Positions 23,741 through 24,023 of a stretch of 24,023 nucleotides of DNA are shown here, in pieces. The stretch is taken from positions 1-24,023 of IMG/VR virus record IMGVR_UViG_3300043464_000245; one strand, given 5' to 3'. Both the position numbers and the translations under genes were made by a program. The DNA comes from a virus. Its lineage: Duplodnaviria > Caudoviricetes. Each line of letters begins with the position of its first letter. Position 1 is the stretch's first letter. The notes below the pieces were generated by a model, which was given only the letters and a program-made list of their open reading frames with translations, was not told where the DNA came from and searched no databases.

Positions 23741-23966
23741 CTTTATATTCCTTTGATAACTTATATATCATTATAGCATGATCCAGCGCAGCTTGTAAAG
23801 TCTTATTTGTCTTTGATTCATTGCGAATAGCCTCCCATAGTCTATCCTCGCGAATAGTCGCAAACATATCTTCCATGTCATCATCTATGCTATATAATGT
23901 ACGTTCTGTTTGACCAGCTGCTCTACTATACACAGTCTTGCCTTTGTCTGGACTTTCAAATATCAT
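23730..23966 (-). CDS. Conserved phage hypothetical protein (IFESPDKGKTVYSR motif)
   Basis: 78-aa ORF starting 1 nt after the upstream stop. Confidence 0.72.
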   Translation of the reverse strand: MIFESPDKGKTVYSRAAGQTERTLYSIDDDMEDMFATIREDRLWEAIRNESKTNKTLQAALDHAIMIYKLSKEYKDGV

Positions 23967-23967
23967 A

Positions 23968-24023
23968 TTACCAAATCTTACTGTAATCTACAATTTCACT
24001 TTGACGACTAATATCCTTAACAA
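23968..24023 (-). CDS. C-terminal end of a hypothetical protein (partial)
   Basis: ...VKDISRQSEIVDYSKIW-TAA, ending 1 nt before the next ATG. Confidence 0.55.
   Translation of the reverse strand, partial: VKDISRQSEIVDYSKIW

Noticed and set aside
15931-23756. Plus-strand ORFs 15931..16128, 18105..18449, 20436..20735, 23538..23756
   Set aside because: Antisense to the helicase, primase, mini-DnaE and a coupled hypothetical gene.
1-24023. CRISPR arrays, tRNA/rRNA genes, IS elements
   Set aside because: No repeat-spacer pattern, cloverleaf or transposase motif was seen by eye, and intergenic gaps are short. tRNAscan was not run.

Overview
This window is part of a large, AT-rich tailed-phage genome with T4-like regulatory signals. 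Genes are densely packed and almost all on the minus strand. It holds (i) a class Ia ribonucleotide reductase operon (nrdA, nrdB, glutaredoxin); (ii) an Fe-S assembly mini-operon (iscU, a DUF1289-type Cys-rich gene missed by the ORF track, iscA), followed by a PD-(D/E)XK exonuclease and a SAM methyltransferase; (iii) a block of probable late/virion genes preceded by TAAATA motifs, including a ligase-fold (KWDG) protein; (iv) replication genes: primase, DnaB-family helicase, a possible clamp-loader small subunit, a Zn-finger protein and a 198-aa miniature DnaE-like protein; and (v) interspersed accessory enzymes: two radical SAM proteins, a 2OG-Fe(II) oxygenase and a PLP-enzyme-like protein. 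The strongest oddity is iscU, which carries an 8-nt insertion at the Cys37-Gly38-Asp39 active-site loop. The insertion creates an ATGA stop/start overlap, so the gene is a split two-chain IscU, a ribosomal hop site, a pseudogene or an assembly error. Also notable are the mini-DnaE, a shared capsid-targeting-like N-terminal motif, and several hairpin/late-promoter leaders. All calls come from reading motifs by eye; no searches were run.
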